A stretch of 63,923 bases of DNA, counting the filler, from Nemertoderma westbladi (taxonomy: Eukaryota > Animalia > Xenacoelomorpha), in NCBI GenBank assembly GCA_032718475.1. It is 4 parts of 4 records of this genome, joined end to end, with 100 filler letters (N's around TTAATTAATTAA, not from the genome) between each part and the next. Parts side by side here need not be neighbours in the genome. Positions count along the whole stretch, not along the records: positions 1 to 16,244 come from JAUCBJ010000642.1; 3 more parts are not named here. One strand, given 5' to 3'. The notes below the pieces were generated by a model that saw only the letters and a list, made by a program, of their open reading frames with translations, made no database searches and was not told where the DNA came from. Made by a program: the position numbers and the translations under genes. Position 1 is the stretch's first letter. Each line of letters opens with the position of its first letter. Positions 1 through 12,499 of the stretch are shown here, piece after piece.

Positions 1-10
1 CAAAGTAGAT

Positions 11-150
11 ATGAGTCCCGCTGGAATATTAAAATGGTTGACTGGACAAAAGCACAAACCAATGAATAATGATAGGTTTATAATCACCGTCTTATTTGAT
101 CATGATTGTGATCGTGATCGTGATTGTGATCATGATCAAATCCTGGTAAA
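11..150 (+). pseudogene. Possible C-terminal fragment of a G2E3-type HECT-like domain
   Basis: ILKWLTGQKHKP..IITVLFDHDC resembles the 'L.F/W.TG...P....I.V.F' segment of the HECT C-lobe. Truncated and decayed by a (GATCGT/GATCAT)n expansion. Confidence 0.35.
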
Positions 151-263
151 TAAAATAGAGGTAAGAGGATGTTTCGTAAAAATCATTTACATAAAATATA
201 AAACACCCGCACACATCCTTTATTAAAAAACAATCCGCGCAGGGATGGGAAGTAAAATATATT

Positions 264-347
264 TGTAAAAGCTTTTGCTGAATTGTCCGGTTATTTTTCC
301 TTATTTTTCCCGTAAAGTACTCTGTAGTTGGTTTACCAGGCATAAAA
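264..347 (+). repeat. Truncated copy of the start of the putative LTR at 10883
   Basis: TGTAAAAGCTTTTGC..GTAAAGTACTCTGTAGTTGGTTT..CAGGCATAAAA is near-identical to 10883-10956. Confidence 0.6.
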
Positions 348-357
348 AGTACGTATG

Positions 358-1380
358 TTACGTATGTACAATATCTTTGCTCTTTAAGAACATTGTTCGC
401 AATAAAGACACCATCTCTCGGAAGAATATGTTCAGAAAAGTTTTCTTCACATAAGTAGTATATACTGTCCAGGTCTGCCATGAACTGCGGAATATTGGGA
501 TTTCCTTATATAGTGCGTATTCCAATGCAATCCTCACTTTGTCCAAATCACTCTGAATGATAGGAGAAAAAACGAACCACAAGCATTCCATTGCAAGTTC
601 AGATGATGTGTCAATAATTGTTCGTGCTTCAAGATCTGTAAAAAAATACCTCCACCAAATTGATCTGTTCTTAGATAGTTGGGCCCACCAGGCCTCGATA
701 CGTTGATTCCTAGGAGAACTCACATATTTATGGGAATCCATGTCTTGTTTAAGAAATGTTTGCAGCGATGCTGCGATCCCATTTTCAGTCCCCAGGTCTG
801 TTATCAATTTGCAGGGATAACCATATGAGCGCACGCAGTCCATATACAAATGACCAATCGCATCGGGAGAGTTATTTGACTTCAAGACGCTCAACCACAA
901 CACCTTACGACTAAACCCGTCGATTGCCCCGTGGATGGGAAAACCCCATGGCTTGAGTTTATCATAGCCATCCATGTGCCAACTATGGTTCGGTCCAGGT
1001 GTGTAGTAGTGACGTCGCTTTAACTTATGACGCTTTCGTAAATTAGTACCTTCGGGATCTAAAGTTCTGAGCAGTTCTTCTACAAGAGAGCGCGGGATGC
1101 TAATGCCCTCCAATTGTAGGGTATGCCACACAGTTCGATATCCCCCTGCAGAATCAGGTCCATTAAGAAGTTCCATTATCCTTTCCGAAACACCGTCTTT
1201 CAAATATTGCGTTACGGGATTTCTTCTCGACAATCCATAATCTGCAAGTTTTCGTAAAAGCGTGCTGTAGCTTATTTCAATTCCTGATAAACTCAAAAAA
1301 TTGATGATATCGTTGTACGAAAACCCAGCATTAAAATAGAATGATATCAGTTCACAACATCCAGGCATATTGTACTGCAA
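358..1380 (-). pseudogene. Integrase-core DDE transposase (IS3EU/IS481-like), frameshifted near the C-terminus
   Basis: N-terminal HTH-like region, then WHMDGYDKLKPWGFPIHGAIDGFSRKVLWL, TDLGTEN and NQRIEAWW. The expected HWNTHYIRKS continues in another frame near 525. Confidence 0.8.
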
Positions 1381-1530
1381 TGGGCAGTGTCTGCCAATAA
1401 TACTGTATGTTGTACTGTCTGCGTAAGACTTAACATTATTGTTATACTGAATGTACTGTAGTACTACTGTTGTAGTAGGCCTACGTTACAATACCCACGG
1501 AAATGTTATGATTATGTATAGTAATAATCA

Positions 1531-1856
1531 TGGCTTTTTAATTTCTGCCGTAGCTTCTTTAATTTCTGCCGTGGCTTTTTAATTTCTGCCGTGGCTTTTT
1601 AATTTCTGCCGTAGCTTCTTTAATTTCTGCCGTGGCTTTTTAATTTCTGCCGTGGCTTTTTAATTTCTGCCGTAGCTTCTTTAATTTCTGCCGTGGCTTT
1701 TTAATTTCTGCCGTGGCTTTTTAATTTCTGCCGTAGCTTCTCTAATTTCTGCCGTGGCTTTTTAATTTCTGCCGTGGCTTTTTAATTTCTGCCGTGGCTT
1801 TTTAATTTCTGCCGTAGCTTCTTTAATTTCTGCCGTGGCTTTTTAATTTCTGCCGT
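1531..1856. repeat. Tandem minisatellite, 21/22-bp unit TTTAATTTCTGCCGT(G/A)GCTT(C)T, about 15 copies
   Basis: Directly visible; subterminal to the transposon end. Confidence 0.95.
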
Positions 1857-2081
1857 TCCTTTTTATATCCTGTGACAGTTATGGGCCACCGTAAGGGTAG
1901 GCCCAAGGCCATCTAAACAACAGGCCATGACAAGGACCTAGCCTTCAAAATTATCGTAGGCTGACTGTGCTGATATAACTAAACTGTGCCTAACTAACAG
2001 CCTAAGCTATATACTGTTAGGTATATTGGGGTTTGGAATGATCCATTCGTTTTAACATTGAATGGTTGAATCCCCTTATTT

Positions 2082-2469
2082 ATTATAAAACCATCTGAAA
2101 TATCCACAAATGTCGCTCCATCTCTCAGTTACTGTCTGAAACGCTTCCGACAGTCCGTTGTATCTGAACCCGAGCAGCCGAGTTGCATCAAGATACAAGA
2201 CAGCAAGATGTGATTAACGGAGGAATAAATACTACGGAATTGCTTGCTTGTCAGTATGATTCTATTTACTACACTGGGAATTCGGCGGGTGGTCGGATCG
2301 TAATGCGGGCCACTGCCAAGTTCCTCATGCCTCACTCCGGCCTCTCACCTTCAGACCTTGGAGTGCGGTGGGGTGAAAAGAGTTCGACTTACGTCGACGA
2401 CAGGGCGAATCGACGAGGATTGCGATCTGGGTTTAGCGGCGGCCCGGAGCCTGGGGGAAATGGTTGAAC
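2082..2469 (+). pseudogene. ALDH3: ALDH3 (fatty aldehyde dehydrogenase) pseudogene, 5' part
   Basis: IKPSEIS, VINGG..TTELL..YDSIYYTGNSAGGRIVMRATAKFL.P, decayed LELGGKS.YVD, AWGKWLN. Multiple frameshifts. Confidence 0.8.
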
Positions 2470-3045
2470 TGAGATAGAGATATCCGGATACTATGTCACA
2501 AGGAAAGACAGAATAGAAAATGGACACGGAGGTGTAGCTATCTGTACGAAAAATAATCTAACACTGGAACCCTGTGATACACTAAATAATCTGGATATTG
2601 AAGGACTGTTTGGTTTTCTCTTACTCCCACAAACACCTAGAATCCTAATCGGCTCGGTTTATCGTCCACCATCATCTTCAGTTACACACTTCTTCAACAC
2701 TCTAGAAACAGGAATTGGAAGCATCGGTGAACTACGCGAAATTTTCATTCTGGGTGATGTGAACGTCGATATGTTATCGAATGACCCCAGACAGATTGGG
2801 GACAAAAATGTAGTCATTTCTTACTGCAACTCGGTTGGTGCAAAACAGATCATCAAGGAGGCCACTCGTGTAACCAACACAACAGCAACCCTCATAGACC
2901 ACATCTACACTACATCATTGGCTGACAAGGTTACTGACTATGGTGTTATTGAGGTTGGTATCAGCGACCACTACATAGTTCATATAACTAGAAAGAAAGT
3001 CAAACCGGATGCAGTTCCTCCTCGTATAATTAACGCCAGAAGCTA

Positions 3046-4458
3046 CAGTAACGCTTTCAAATAACGTCCTATTGGATCCTAATAGGATCCTAATAGGAAA
3101 TAAATAACCTTTAGGAAATCACTTGGAATTTGCCTAATGCAAGTCTACCTAGAGCGGCTAAATATCAAAGCTTAGAAGTGTCTGTCAATCAACCTCGAGG
3201 GATAGCTGAAAGTGGTAAAGAGAGCCGCTTTGTCTAGTGGTTGAGTTGTATTTCCCTTCCCCTGACCTATCTTACAACAACTGATACTCCCCATAGGCTA
3301 ATGTTAAATATGCAAAGTACACACTACTGGCTTTAACTCAACATCTGGACACATTAACTACCATACGGTAAAGGTAACGCCGCTTGTGTAAAATAGGCCC
3401 GCCAACACGTTGAGTGAGCCTCAACAAGTAGTTGGGCTGCTAAAGCGTAATCTGATTGTATTCGGACGTCAAACTTTTAATAATTTTATTTAAATTATTG
3501 TGCGAACTTTTTAGATCTGGCGATTTTACCATTTCCATGGTATAATAAATATAATTTATAATTAATATTAATATCAATATGCCAAGAGGATAAGTTTGTT
3601 ACAAACCGCCACTAAACTCATAAGGGTCTGTTAATTCCTGTAGGATGTTATGTCATTTATTTTTCGTAGTGGTAGCGATACGGATTGTGACATGTTGCGG
3701 AATCTGCTTGGAGAGTGTAATGTGCTTTGTGGGTGTAGCAAATATAGCATTCAATATTACATACATTTATTTAGTCGCCCAGTTTTAGCTCCTGTCTAAT
3801 TATTAATTAAACTAATAAATGAAAATAAACTAATATTTATTCTATTAATAATTACACAAACATTACACAAACACAAACTCTTTATTACTCTAAATATGTT
3901 CAATAGTAATAAATACAGTGTGTGATCCTACATTTATTTGTAAGTTCAATACGATTTTAAATTATTCCAGAGCCCACCAGCAGCCCACGGGCGTTAACTA
4001 TGTGCGGATGTGTGTGGATTTCATCTATTAGAGTTTATATTTTAAATATTATTTACGTCAGAGGCTGGCAATACAAGGTACAGTAGGAATGTAATGTTCC
4101 ATCGACAACCATACCTCAATGTGATAATTGAAAGTACCTCAATACCTCAATGTAATGAACTGAACACTACGCAAACTTTATGCTGAGTCTAGTCCATTCT
4201 ATACATCTTAATGATTGACAGAATAGAGAAGAAGTAGACCAGCACAAGCATAGTCTGAGTCAGTCCACCTTCCAGACATCAAAGTAAGCGCCGATTTCCA
4301 AGTAAATTCCTAATGAAATCCAAGTCAAATCCTAAGTGCCTCCAAGTCTGGAATTTGGGCTATATTTCATTTCCAATTAAATCCTAACTCCAATAGTAGT
4401 GAATCAGTGACTTGGATCCTAATAGGATCCAATACGACGTTATTTGAAAGCGGTACTG
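3046..4458. mobile_element. Non-autonomous Tc1/mariner(pogo)-type element, 1413 bp
   Basis: About 45-bp TIR CAGTA(A/C)CGCTTTCAAATAACGTC..GGATCC; TA TSD at 3044-45 and 4459-60. Excision restores the LINE frame RSYKEYSP. Confidence 0.9.
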
Positions 4459-4847
4459 TATAAGGAATATTCCCCCGCAGCCGTATCCAATATGATAGCG
4501 CGCAACGATGCTATATCGAATATCAGTCTAATTACTGATGTCGACACAGCCGTCAACGTCCTCACTACTCAGCTAACTTCAATACTGGATTCAATAGCCC
4601 CAAAAGAATCAAGACACATTCGGAACCATGGCTTACACCGGAACTTCTACAGCTGATAATAGTAAGGGACAAATCATTTTCAAAACTGAAACACAACCAC
4701 ACTGTCATAAATGAAACCGATTTCAAAAAACAAAGGAACGTTGCCACTAACGCCATCAAAGAGGCTAAGAAAGCCTACATACGGACCCAAATCGAAAATA
4801 ACAGGACCGACCACAAAAAGCTATGGAAAACATTAAAGTCCCTAGGA

Positions 4848-6566
4848 ATGCCAGTAAAGAAAACCAAGTCGTCGGCCATAACAAAAATCCACAATGGCAG
4901 AGCTCTAGTACACGAACCAAAACAAATTGCTGATACATTTAATACATTCTTTACGTCAATTGCGAATGAACTAGTTAACCAGCTGCCCCCGCCATCTGGA
5001 CAGTTCGGGGAAGATTCGGTTGCGCGGTACTACCAATCGATGGGAATTCAAAGAGATAGTTTCTCTATACAACAAACAACAACCGACGAGGTATCTGATA
5101 TCATGTCTAAGCTGAACACTGATAAAAGCCCTGGAATCGACGGACAGCCCGCAAGACTATACAAAGATGGCCACAAGGAATTGTCGAAGCCTATCACGCA
5201 CATTGTTAACGTCTCCATAGCATCAAGTACTTTCCCATCATCCCTGAAACTAGCTAAGGTAACACCTGTGCACAAAAAGAAAGGCTCACTGATATTGAGA
5301 GAAAACCATCGCCCCCTATCCCTACTGCCTATCCTCGCCAAAATCCGAGAACGGGTGGTATATGACCAGGTCTATTCATACTATATATCAAGTAAGATTT
5401 TATCAAAGCTCCAATCAGGATTCTTAAAAGGATACTCAACCGAAACCTGTTTAATATTTCTAGACAATTACATACGAAACGCAGCCGATCTCGGAAAGCT
5501 GACAGGAATGGTTCTGATAGACCTAAAGAAAGCATTTGATAAGGTAAACCATGACATCGTTCTAATGAAACTGAAACACATGGGGCTGGACAATTCATCA
5601 GTCAACTGGTTTAAATCATATCTATCGAAACGCAGCCAGGTTGTGAGTATCCAGGGTACATCCTCCGACGAACTTCCACTCGACGATGGCTTACCCCAGG
5701 GCGGGATCCTTCCGGTATTGTTATTCCTGTCGCAAATAAACGACTCCGATCAGGAGGTAGACTGTCCGACGCCAAAGTTTGCAGACGATCTCGCTCACGT
5801 AGCTTCAGAAGAAGATGCCGAGACAATTTCCCAAACGCTTACACGAAATCTCGAAAACACCCAGTCTTGGCTCATAGACAATCGACTCACGCTACACTTA
5901 GGCAAGACAGAAACCATCTTGTTTGGAACGAACCAACGTTTGGCGTCCAGTGCACCACTAGCAGTCACTTGTAACGGGAAACCCATATCGAACCGAACTG
6001 TTGTCACATACCTGGGTTGCAAACTAGACCAATCAATGAACGGAGAGTCTATGATCACCGCGATAGTCAAGAAAGGGAATTCTAGATTAAAATTGCTTTA
6101 CCGATTCTCCGGGGTACTAGACTACAACCTACGTCGCCTACTATGTAACGCGCTGATACAGCCACTCATGGACTATGCTGCTGCTGTCTGGTTCTACTCA
6201 ATCAGCTCAATCTGGCGCAACAAGCTTGAGGCACTGCAGCGGAAGTGCATTCGATATTGCTTATCTTTAGAGGACCGCAGCCACATCTATCCATCGCACT
6301 ACAAAACCATAAACTGGCTACCAATAGAATATCGAGTGCAACAAAATCTGGTAACTCTTATGTACAAGACCCAGCACGGAACCTCACCGAGTTACATCCA
6401 AGATATGGTTAACTTCAATAAAAACACGCGATCAACACGAACCCCGAGAACAAAAGCATCGATCCCCCATAAGAATACTAAATTCGCACAGAACTCATTC
6501 GACTATCGAGGCCCAGCGTTCTGGAACGCCCTACCGAACTGTGTAACAGAGGCAATGACACTATAG
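4848..6566 (+). CDS. LINE ORF2 reverse transcriptase (CR1/L2 group)
   Basis: KSPGIDG, HRPLSLLP, LQSGF, LIDLKKAFDKV, GLPQGGIL, FADD, LHLGKTE, YLGCKLD. Confidence 0.9.
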   Translation: MPVKKTKSSAITKIHNGRALVHEPKQIADTFNTFFTSIANELVNQLPPPSGQFGEDSVARYYQSMGIQRDSFSIQQTTTDEVSDIMSKLNTDKSPGIDGQPARLYKDGHKELSKPITHIVNVSIASSTFPSSLKLAKVTPVHKKKGSLILRENHRPLSLLPILAKIRERVVYDQVYSYYISSKILSKLQSGFLKGYSTETCLIFLDNYIRNAADLGKLTGMVLIDLKKAFDKVNHDIVLMKLKHMGLDNSSVNWFKSYLSKRSQVVSIQGTSSDELPLDDGLPQGGILPVLLFLSQINDSDQEVDCPTPKFADDLAHVASEEDAETISQTLTRNLENTQSWLIDNRLTLHLGKTETILFGTNQRLASSAPLAVTCNGKPISNRTVVTYLGCKLDQSMNGESMITAIVKKGNSRLKLLYRFSGVLDYNLRRLLCNALIQPLMDYAAAVWFYSISSIWRNKLEALQRKCIRYCLSLEDRSHIYPSHYKTINWLPIEYRVQQNLVTLMYKTQHGTSPSYIQDMVNFNKNTRSTRTPRTKASIPHKNTKFAQNSFDYRGPAFWNALPNCVTEAMTL

Positions 6567-6665
6567 AGTCTTTTAAACACCAAGTAAAACGCCATTACTT
6601 AAATACTCTAACCGACGCATGAATCACAATTACTTGCACACTATTAACCCACTTAATTCATAAAC

Positions 6666-7165
6666 ATGCATCGCAGTTCTTTTACTAAGTTTATTTTTCT
6701 ACCTTTATTTATCTAAATACTTGACAGAATTTTTGACAGTAAATTGACAGAATAATTTTAAGTAACAAATTTTAAATTATCCCATCTATAACCATTTTTA
6801 GATTAAAGCACTGACTATTTCATTTGTGTATTTCTATTCGTAGTCCTGAATTTAATTTAATTTTATTGCTTCCCCAACAATTATACAATCTTATTAGTAG
6901 TTCATGTGTATTCTAATCTGTAGTCCACAAACAATGCATCGCAGTTCCTTTACTAAGTTTGTTTTTTTTATATTTATTTTATCTAAATATTTGACAATTT
7001 TAAGTAACAAATTTCAAATCATCCCATCCATAACCATTTTTAGATTAAAGCACTGATCATTTTATTTGTGTATTTTTATTTGTAGTCCTGAATTTAATTT
7101 TTATTGCTTCCCCAACAATTATACAATCTCATTAGTAGTTTATGTGTATTCTAATCTGTAGTCCT
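6666..7165 (+). repeat. Tandem duplication (about 268-bp unit, 2 copies) in the LINE 3' UTR
   Basis: ATGCATCGCAGTTC at 6666 and 6934 with colinear downstream sequence. Confidence 0.85.
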
Positions 7166-7460
7166 AAATTTAATTTTATTACTTCCCCGACTATTTTACC
7201 TAAAACATTATTACATAGCGGGGACCCACATGGAAACGAGGTCCGCCTCATGTGGCTATCCCATTAAGTGACAATTTTATCGATATAACTCGCGCAAGAT
7301 GTACTGTTCATATATTTTTCATACCATACTGATTTAAATTCATAACAAAAATATCTCGTACTGTATCTATAACAATTGTATGGTTGCTAACGGTCTATAC
7401 CAACTTAAATATTATCTATTATGTATCTCGTCACTAATAAATCAATATCAAATCAATATC

Positions 7461-7590
7461 AACGTTGGCAGGTTGGGCAGATGTGTATCTCCCGGATTAT
7501 GTTCTCCTGTTCTCTGCAACGCGAAAGTGTGAGGCAAATTCGTTGTCGTAGCTCTATCAAAAATGGATACCATCTGTAAACAGATCTTTC
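7461..7590 (+). pseudogene. ALDH3: ALDH3 pseudogene, continuation after the LINE
   Basis: N.G..GQMCISPDYVL matches the ALDH3 catalytic segment NSGQTCVAPDYIL and follows AWGKWLN at 2469. Confidence 0.7.
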
Positions 7591-7605
7591 TCGTTCAGAC
7601 AATTC

Positions 7606-8066
7606 AGGCACCTGAAGACTACTTTATAAGTTCTGTCGAGCCACAGTGGAAAGTGTACAATTTATACGGAGGTGAGACCCGGACACTGACGAAATCACTT
7701 GAACACCGAATTATGTTTGCTACACAAGACTACTAAGGGTAGCCCTAAACATCAGCTGGAGACTACACATGACAAACGCCCTGTTCTACGGTAGATTACC
7801 ACACCGCTGCATATCAACCACCCTCCGTGAACGCAGATTAAGATTCAGTGGGCACTGCTAGATAAGTAAATACGAGGTCAGCAGATCTACTTTTCTGGCA
7901 ACCAACACACATGGAAAGCGTACCTGTGGACAATTGGCTATAAACATACCTTATATAGACCAGCCTGAAAGGGATACTAAATTGGAGAGAAACGAAATTG
8001 CGACAACTATGGAGAATCGGGAAGCCTGGAAGGATATAATTTCCACTGTCCGAGTTCGCTCGACCT
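7606..8066 (+). mobile_element. RTE LINE family A, 3' fragment
   Basis: Homologous to 36360-36805, ending GTTCGCTCGACCTA. Confidence 0.85.
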
Positions 8067-8210
8067 ATATATATAAATATTTAAACATTCATATACATGC
8101 ATACAACATACTGTATGCATCTGTTTGACGATGATGCAGGACATAATGATCCAATTAGCAAATTCAAATGACTTATTAAATTATCATTAGAATTAATAAT
8201 AAGACCTACA

Positions 8211-10880
8211 ACTACTAGGTCGAGTGAACTCGGACAGTGGAAATGAGATCCTTCCAGGCTTCCCGATTCTCCATAGTTGTCGCGTTTCTCCCAAGTTCAG
8301 TATCCCTTTCAAGTTGATCTATATATGTTATGGCCGGTCGTCCACGACTACGCTTTCTATGAGTTGGTTGCCAGAAAAGTAGATCTGGTATGACTCGTCT
8401 TTACTTCGCCAGCAGTGCCCACTGAATCTTAATCTGCGTTCACGGAGGGTGGTTGATACAGGTGGTATTGTACCATAAAGCTCGGCGTTTGTCATGTGTT
8501 GTCTCCAGCTGATGTTTAGGGCTGCCCTTAGTAGTCGTGTGTAGCAACCATCAATTCATTGTTCAAGTGATTTAGTCAGTGTCCAGGTCTCACCCCTGTC
8601 TTCCCGTATAAAAATACACTTTCCACTGCGGCTCGAAAGAACTTAGTCTTCAGGTGCCTGGAGAGATCTGATTTCCAGATGGTATCCATTTTTGATAGAG
8701 CTACCCAAGCCTTTGCTTTCCTAACTTCTATGCCCTTTTTGCTACTCTCTATCCATGATCCAAGGCTGTCAAGGTACTGGAAGTCGTCAACCTTCCTTAG
8801 TTGATTATTGTCAATGGTTGTCAAGTTTCCATCAACATTAAAGGTCATGAATTCGGTCTTGGTAGCATTTATATGCAATCCAACCTCCTTAGCCAGCCCT
8901 CTCCAATTTATTTAGTAGAAGCTGTGCATCTGCTAGAGTATTAGAGTGCAGGGCGATGCCATCCGCAAAGTCGGTGTCTGTGACTGTAGTTGCCGGATAT
9001 CTACTACTTCTGCGTTCTTGAAGTGTGAATTTGTGGCTTTCCTCATTGCGTAATCCAGCACAATTACAAATAGTAATGGTGCTAATGTGTCACCTTGCAG
9101 TACCCCAGCCAGGATTGAGAAAAACTCAGTTTCACCATCTGGTGAGAGTACCTGCGCTTCTGTGTCACAATATAACAATCCAATGCCAGCAACAATTACT
9201 TCTGGTATTCCATAAGCTCTTAGGATTTCAAGCATTTTGCCTCTATGGATGGAGTCGAATGCCTTCTTGAAGTCCACAAAAGTCATGACTGCGGGGAGAT
9301 TCTTCGACTTAATTCCTTCAATCAGTCTCCGTAGTGCAAGTATCTGAGCTATTGTTGATCTACTTGGTCGAAATCCGTTTTGGCTCTTACGCAGTAGTTA
9401 CTCTATGTGAGGCCTAATCCTATATAGAATCATTTCATTGTATATTTTGGCAGCTTCCACAAGCAGACAGATCCCACGATAGTTTGTTGGTATGCCGAGG
9501 TCTTCTTTCTTGGGGAGAGGCTTTAGTTGACCTTTAGTCCAAATTGGTGGTGGCTTTTCCCCTTTTAACATCCGGTTGCAACATTCAATAATGGTCTGTT
9601 TAGCACTCCTGTTTTCCATACCTCCGCTGGGATTTAATCTAATCCACTCGCTTTATTATTGGACATGCTTTTAATGCTTCTTTCTAGTTCGGCAGGTGTG
9701 AAGTCCCCTGTTTCTATAGGTAGTGTCTTGTCATATATTTTCCTTGTAGGGCTGACCTCGATGTTTGGTGGCTGCCCAAGCAAGTTGCTGAAGTGATTTT
9801 TCCACTTCCCAACACGTTCTTCAGGACTATCGGCTTTGAGGCGCCCCTTTTCACAACTTTTCCGATCAGATACCTCATTTACAGTTTGCCAGGTAAGTCT
9901 TGATTGTTGCTGTATGTGAGCAGTTGTAATTGCTTCAATTTTATCCTGTATGTACTTTTCCTGGCTGATGTTGTAGGCCAATTTAAGATTGTTGACCTTC
10001 TCGATCTTTTACTTCTGCCACTTTTTCCGGATGACTTTGAGGGACTTTCACTACTGGCCATGTTCTTTGAACTTTTATTCAATGTTACAAAATTTGTAAC
10101 TCCTTAACTGCAAACATAATAATTATTCCTTAAGTTTTTATTTTCTCGAGCTTGGTTTCTCCTTATTTATGATTGACCAGTGTCTATGTCTAAATAGATA
10201 AATATACCCCTACATGTCAATTCATTATTGTTGCTATGTAAAACATCTGTCGTTAAGATAAATAGTGTTCTAGAAAAAATTGCTCAATGCGGAGTATGTA
10301 AAATATAAAATAATTTCAAATGGTTTATACAATTTAACACTTTCAGCAAAAAAAACTCCAGTCATACCCAATTTGAACGGTGGTCGGTACTGTCTACTTG
10401 ACTATTAGCTTTCTCAACATTGTTAATGTTTTCTGTTGTTGGTTGTTCGGTTTTAACTTTGTAGGCTATCTTAAGATCTTCTCTCTTACAAGTAACCTCA
10501 GAGTTTTGCCATGGCACATACTGTTTTCGTTTGGGTTTCTGGGGGATATGCCTCTTAGCTGATTCCTTGTGGGCTGTTATTATATTCTGGTATATTGAAT
10601 CGGTGGATTGGTCTTCATCCATTGACTGAAGTACTTCAAAGCGGTTTTGAAATTCTACTGTGTAAGCATCCTTTACTGCATTGTCAATTCTGAGTTTCTC
10701 CCAGTCATAGTTGATTTGCTTGCTTGTCCTGGGTTTGCTGGCTCTCAAACTGAGTCTGATCTCTGCAGTCACAATTCTGTGGTCCGAACCAATTAGGTTG
10801 AATGAGCTGTATGCCTCGCAGTTGATCACGCTGTTTCTCCACTTTATGTTTATAAGGATGTAATCCAGTTGTGCTTTGGT
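8211..10880 (-). mobile_element. RTE LINE family A, decayed, with an unrelated ~415-bp insert at about 9990-10404
   Basis: EN C-terminus (AQLDYIL, SDHRIV) and RT (FVDFKKAFDSI, GVLQGDTLAP, INATKTE); (TAG)n tail at 8211. Confidence 0.9.
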
Positions 10881-12499
10881 TCTGTAAAAGCTTTTGCGGA
10901 ATTGCCCGGTTATTTTCCCCGTAAAGTACTCTGTAGTTGGTTTAACAGGCATAAAAGGCCGTGTCATTGCTGTACCGGTGTTTTTAGGGGACATAAAAGC
11001 TATTTCTTCTGTATGTGTACTTTAGAGGACATAATTAGCAATTCTATGACGCAACGCCCTAGATCCTCTTGAAACAGTGTCGTTACTATGACGACAGCTA
11101 ACGGCTGAGCTTTACACGTGTAGCTTGCCCGGAGCCTTGCCTTGGTTCTTTGTTCTGCTCAGCTCAAAATGACGACATCTATCAGCTGTGTCCACGTGGA
11201 GCTTTTTGCCATTCGACCAATCAGAGATTCCCTCTTTGTGTAAAAGCTGTACAGCAGAATTACAGGATTCAGTACTGACGTTTCCCCCACGCCTAGAACA
11301 CCGGCCGGGGAATGTTTTCTGACATTAGAGCGTCTTTAATTATAAGATCATCAAACTGTTATCTCGGTCTCGGTCTCGGTTAACTCGGTTTTGCACCTCG
11401 GTCTCGGTCTCGGTTAACTCGGCATCTGATTAAGCACCCTGACGTAAACTGCTTTTCGCCGCATTATTTACTGCTATTTACTGTGTTGTTAATTGTATCG
11501 TTCGTTTACATATTATTATTGGGAAGAATATTGATAACGATCCGAAAACCCAATCTTCTTGATACACTAAGGTTAGAGAGACCGGTTACATATAACAATT
11601 TGCGACATACATTATCGTGGTTTGTAGTGAGTTCAATGCTACTTAATAGGCCCTACAAATGTCGGTTGTTATTCTCTTTATATATGATTAAAATCAGTGA
11701 ATGTCGGCAATTCAGTGTGCAGTTGTGTGCAATAGTCTGTGTGTGCTTGACCGAGTAACAAAGCATTTCCTAAAGAATGCACTTTGGTGATCTATAAGAC
11801 ATACTGTTGTGTATAGTGTGAGTCATAGCTCTGTTTAAATAGATAGAGCGCCACGTCCTAAAGGAACTGCTAATATTTCCTGAAAGTGAATAATATTCGT
11901 CAGAGATTATATATTAACGATCAATCGAATAGTACGGTAGGCCTGCACCGCAATCAAATTAAAGCATCCAAATCCAGTCTCCCGGGTATATCCAGCGGGT
12001 GAATGGTCGCGCACAGACTGGCTTTGGCTAATGTTAGAATTATTATAGGTGTTCAATACTTGTCATAGTCTGGAGTAGATTTATAACCTAGAAGACATAT
12101 AGATTTGGCGGGTTAAACTGCCAAAGGTCTTAAAAGCGCGAACAATAACAGTTTGTAAAATTCTTGATTGCAGTGTAGGCAATAAATACAGTTTAATATT
12201 GTTCTGGTAAGAACAATAACAGTTTGTAGGATCTTGATTGCGGCGTAAGCGATCAAGACTAAAGTACCGGTCGACCGGTAACCAGTAGGCCTGACTGCCT
12301 GATCATCCGGACCGGTACTTACAACAGTACAGGTACAGCAGTATTATTCGATTTTGATAATTATATACCGGTAGGTCTCGATATTAAATCGGGGACGCCT
12401 GGTTTTTATTGGGATTTTACTTAGGTCTATTTCTGTCAGTTTTATTTACTAGTAGGCTAATATTGAGCAGAAGGCGTGTAACCCCGCTCAGATTGTTCA

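Larger units (their letters stand above)
1..1893 (-). mobile_element. IS3EU-like DDE DNA transposon, one end in window
   Basis: Integrase-type transposase ORF, a subterminal tandem array at 1531-1856 and a terminus reading TACGGTGGCCC on the minus strand from 1893, fitting the TAY..RTA ends described for IS3EU. Other end not in window. Confidence 0.5.
2470..7460 (+). mobile_element. 5'-truncated CR1/L2-group LINE (Crack/Daphne-like) inserted in the ALDH3 pseudogene
   Basis: APE endonuclease (RKDR..GHGGVAI, LGDVNVD, TLIDHIY, ISDHYIV), RT ORF, long 3' UTR and an AATAAATCAATATCAAATCAATATC tail. Confidence 0.9.

Noticed and set aside
1531-1856. Regular repeats as a CRISPR array (likewise 21965-22560)
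   Set aside because: No unique spacers, no cas genes, eukaryotic context; these are tandem repeats.
9990-10404. Ser/Lys-rich ORF in the insert within RTE-A
   Set aside because: Low complexity, no TSD or termini found; possibly a fragment of another element but unassignable.
11778-11800. TGGTGATCT as the PBS of the first BEL element
   Set aside because: No extended complementarity to a tRNA 3' end that I recognise.
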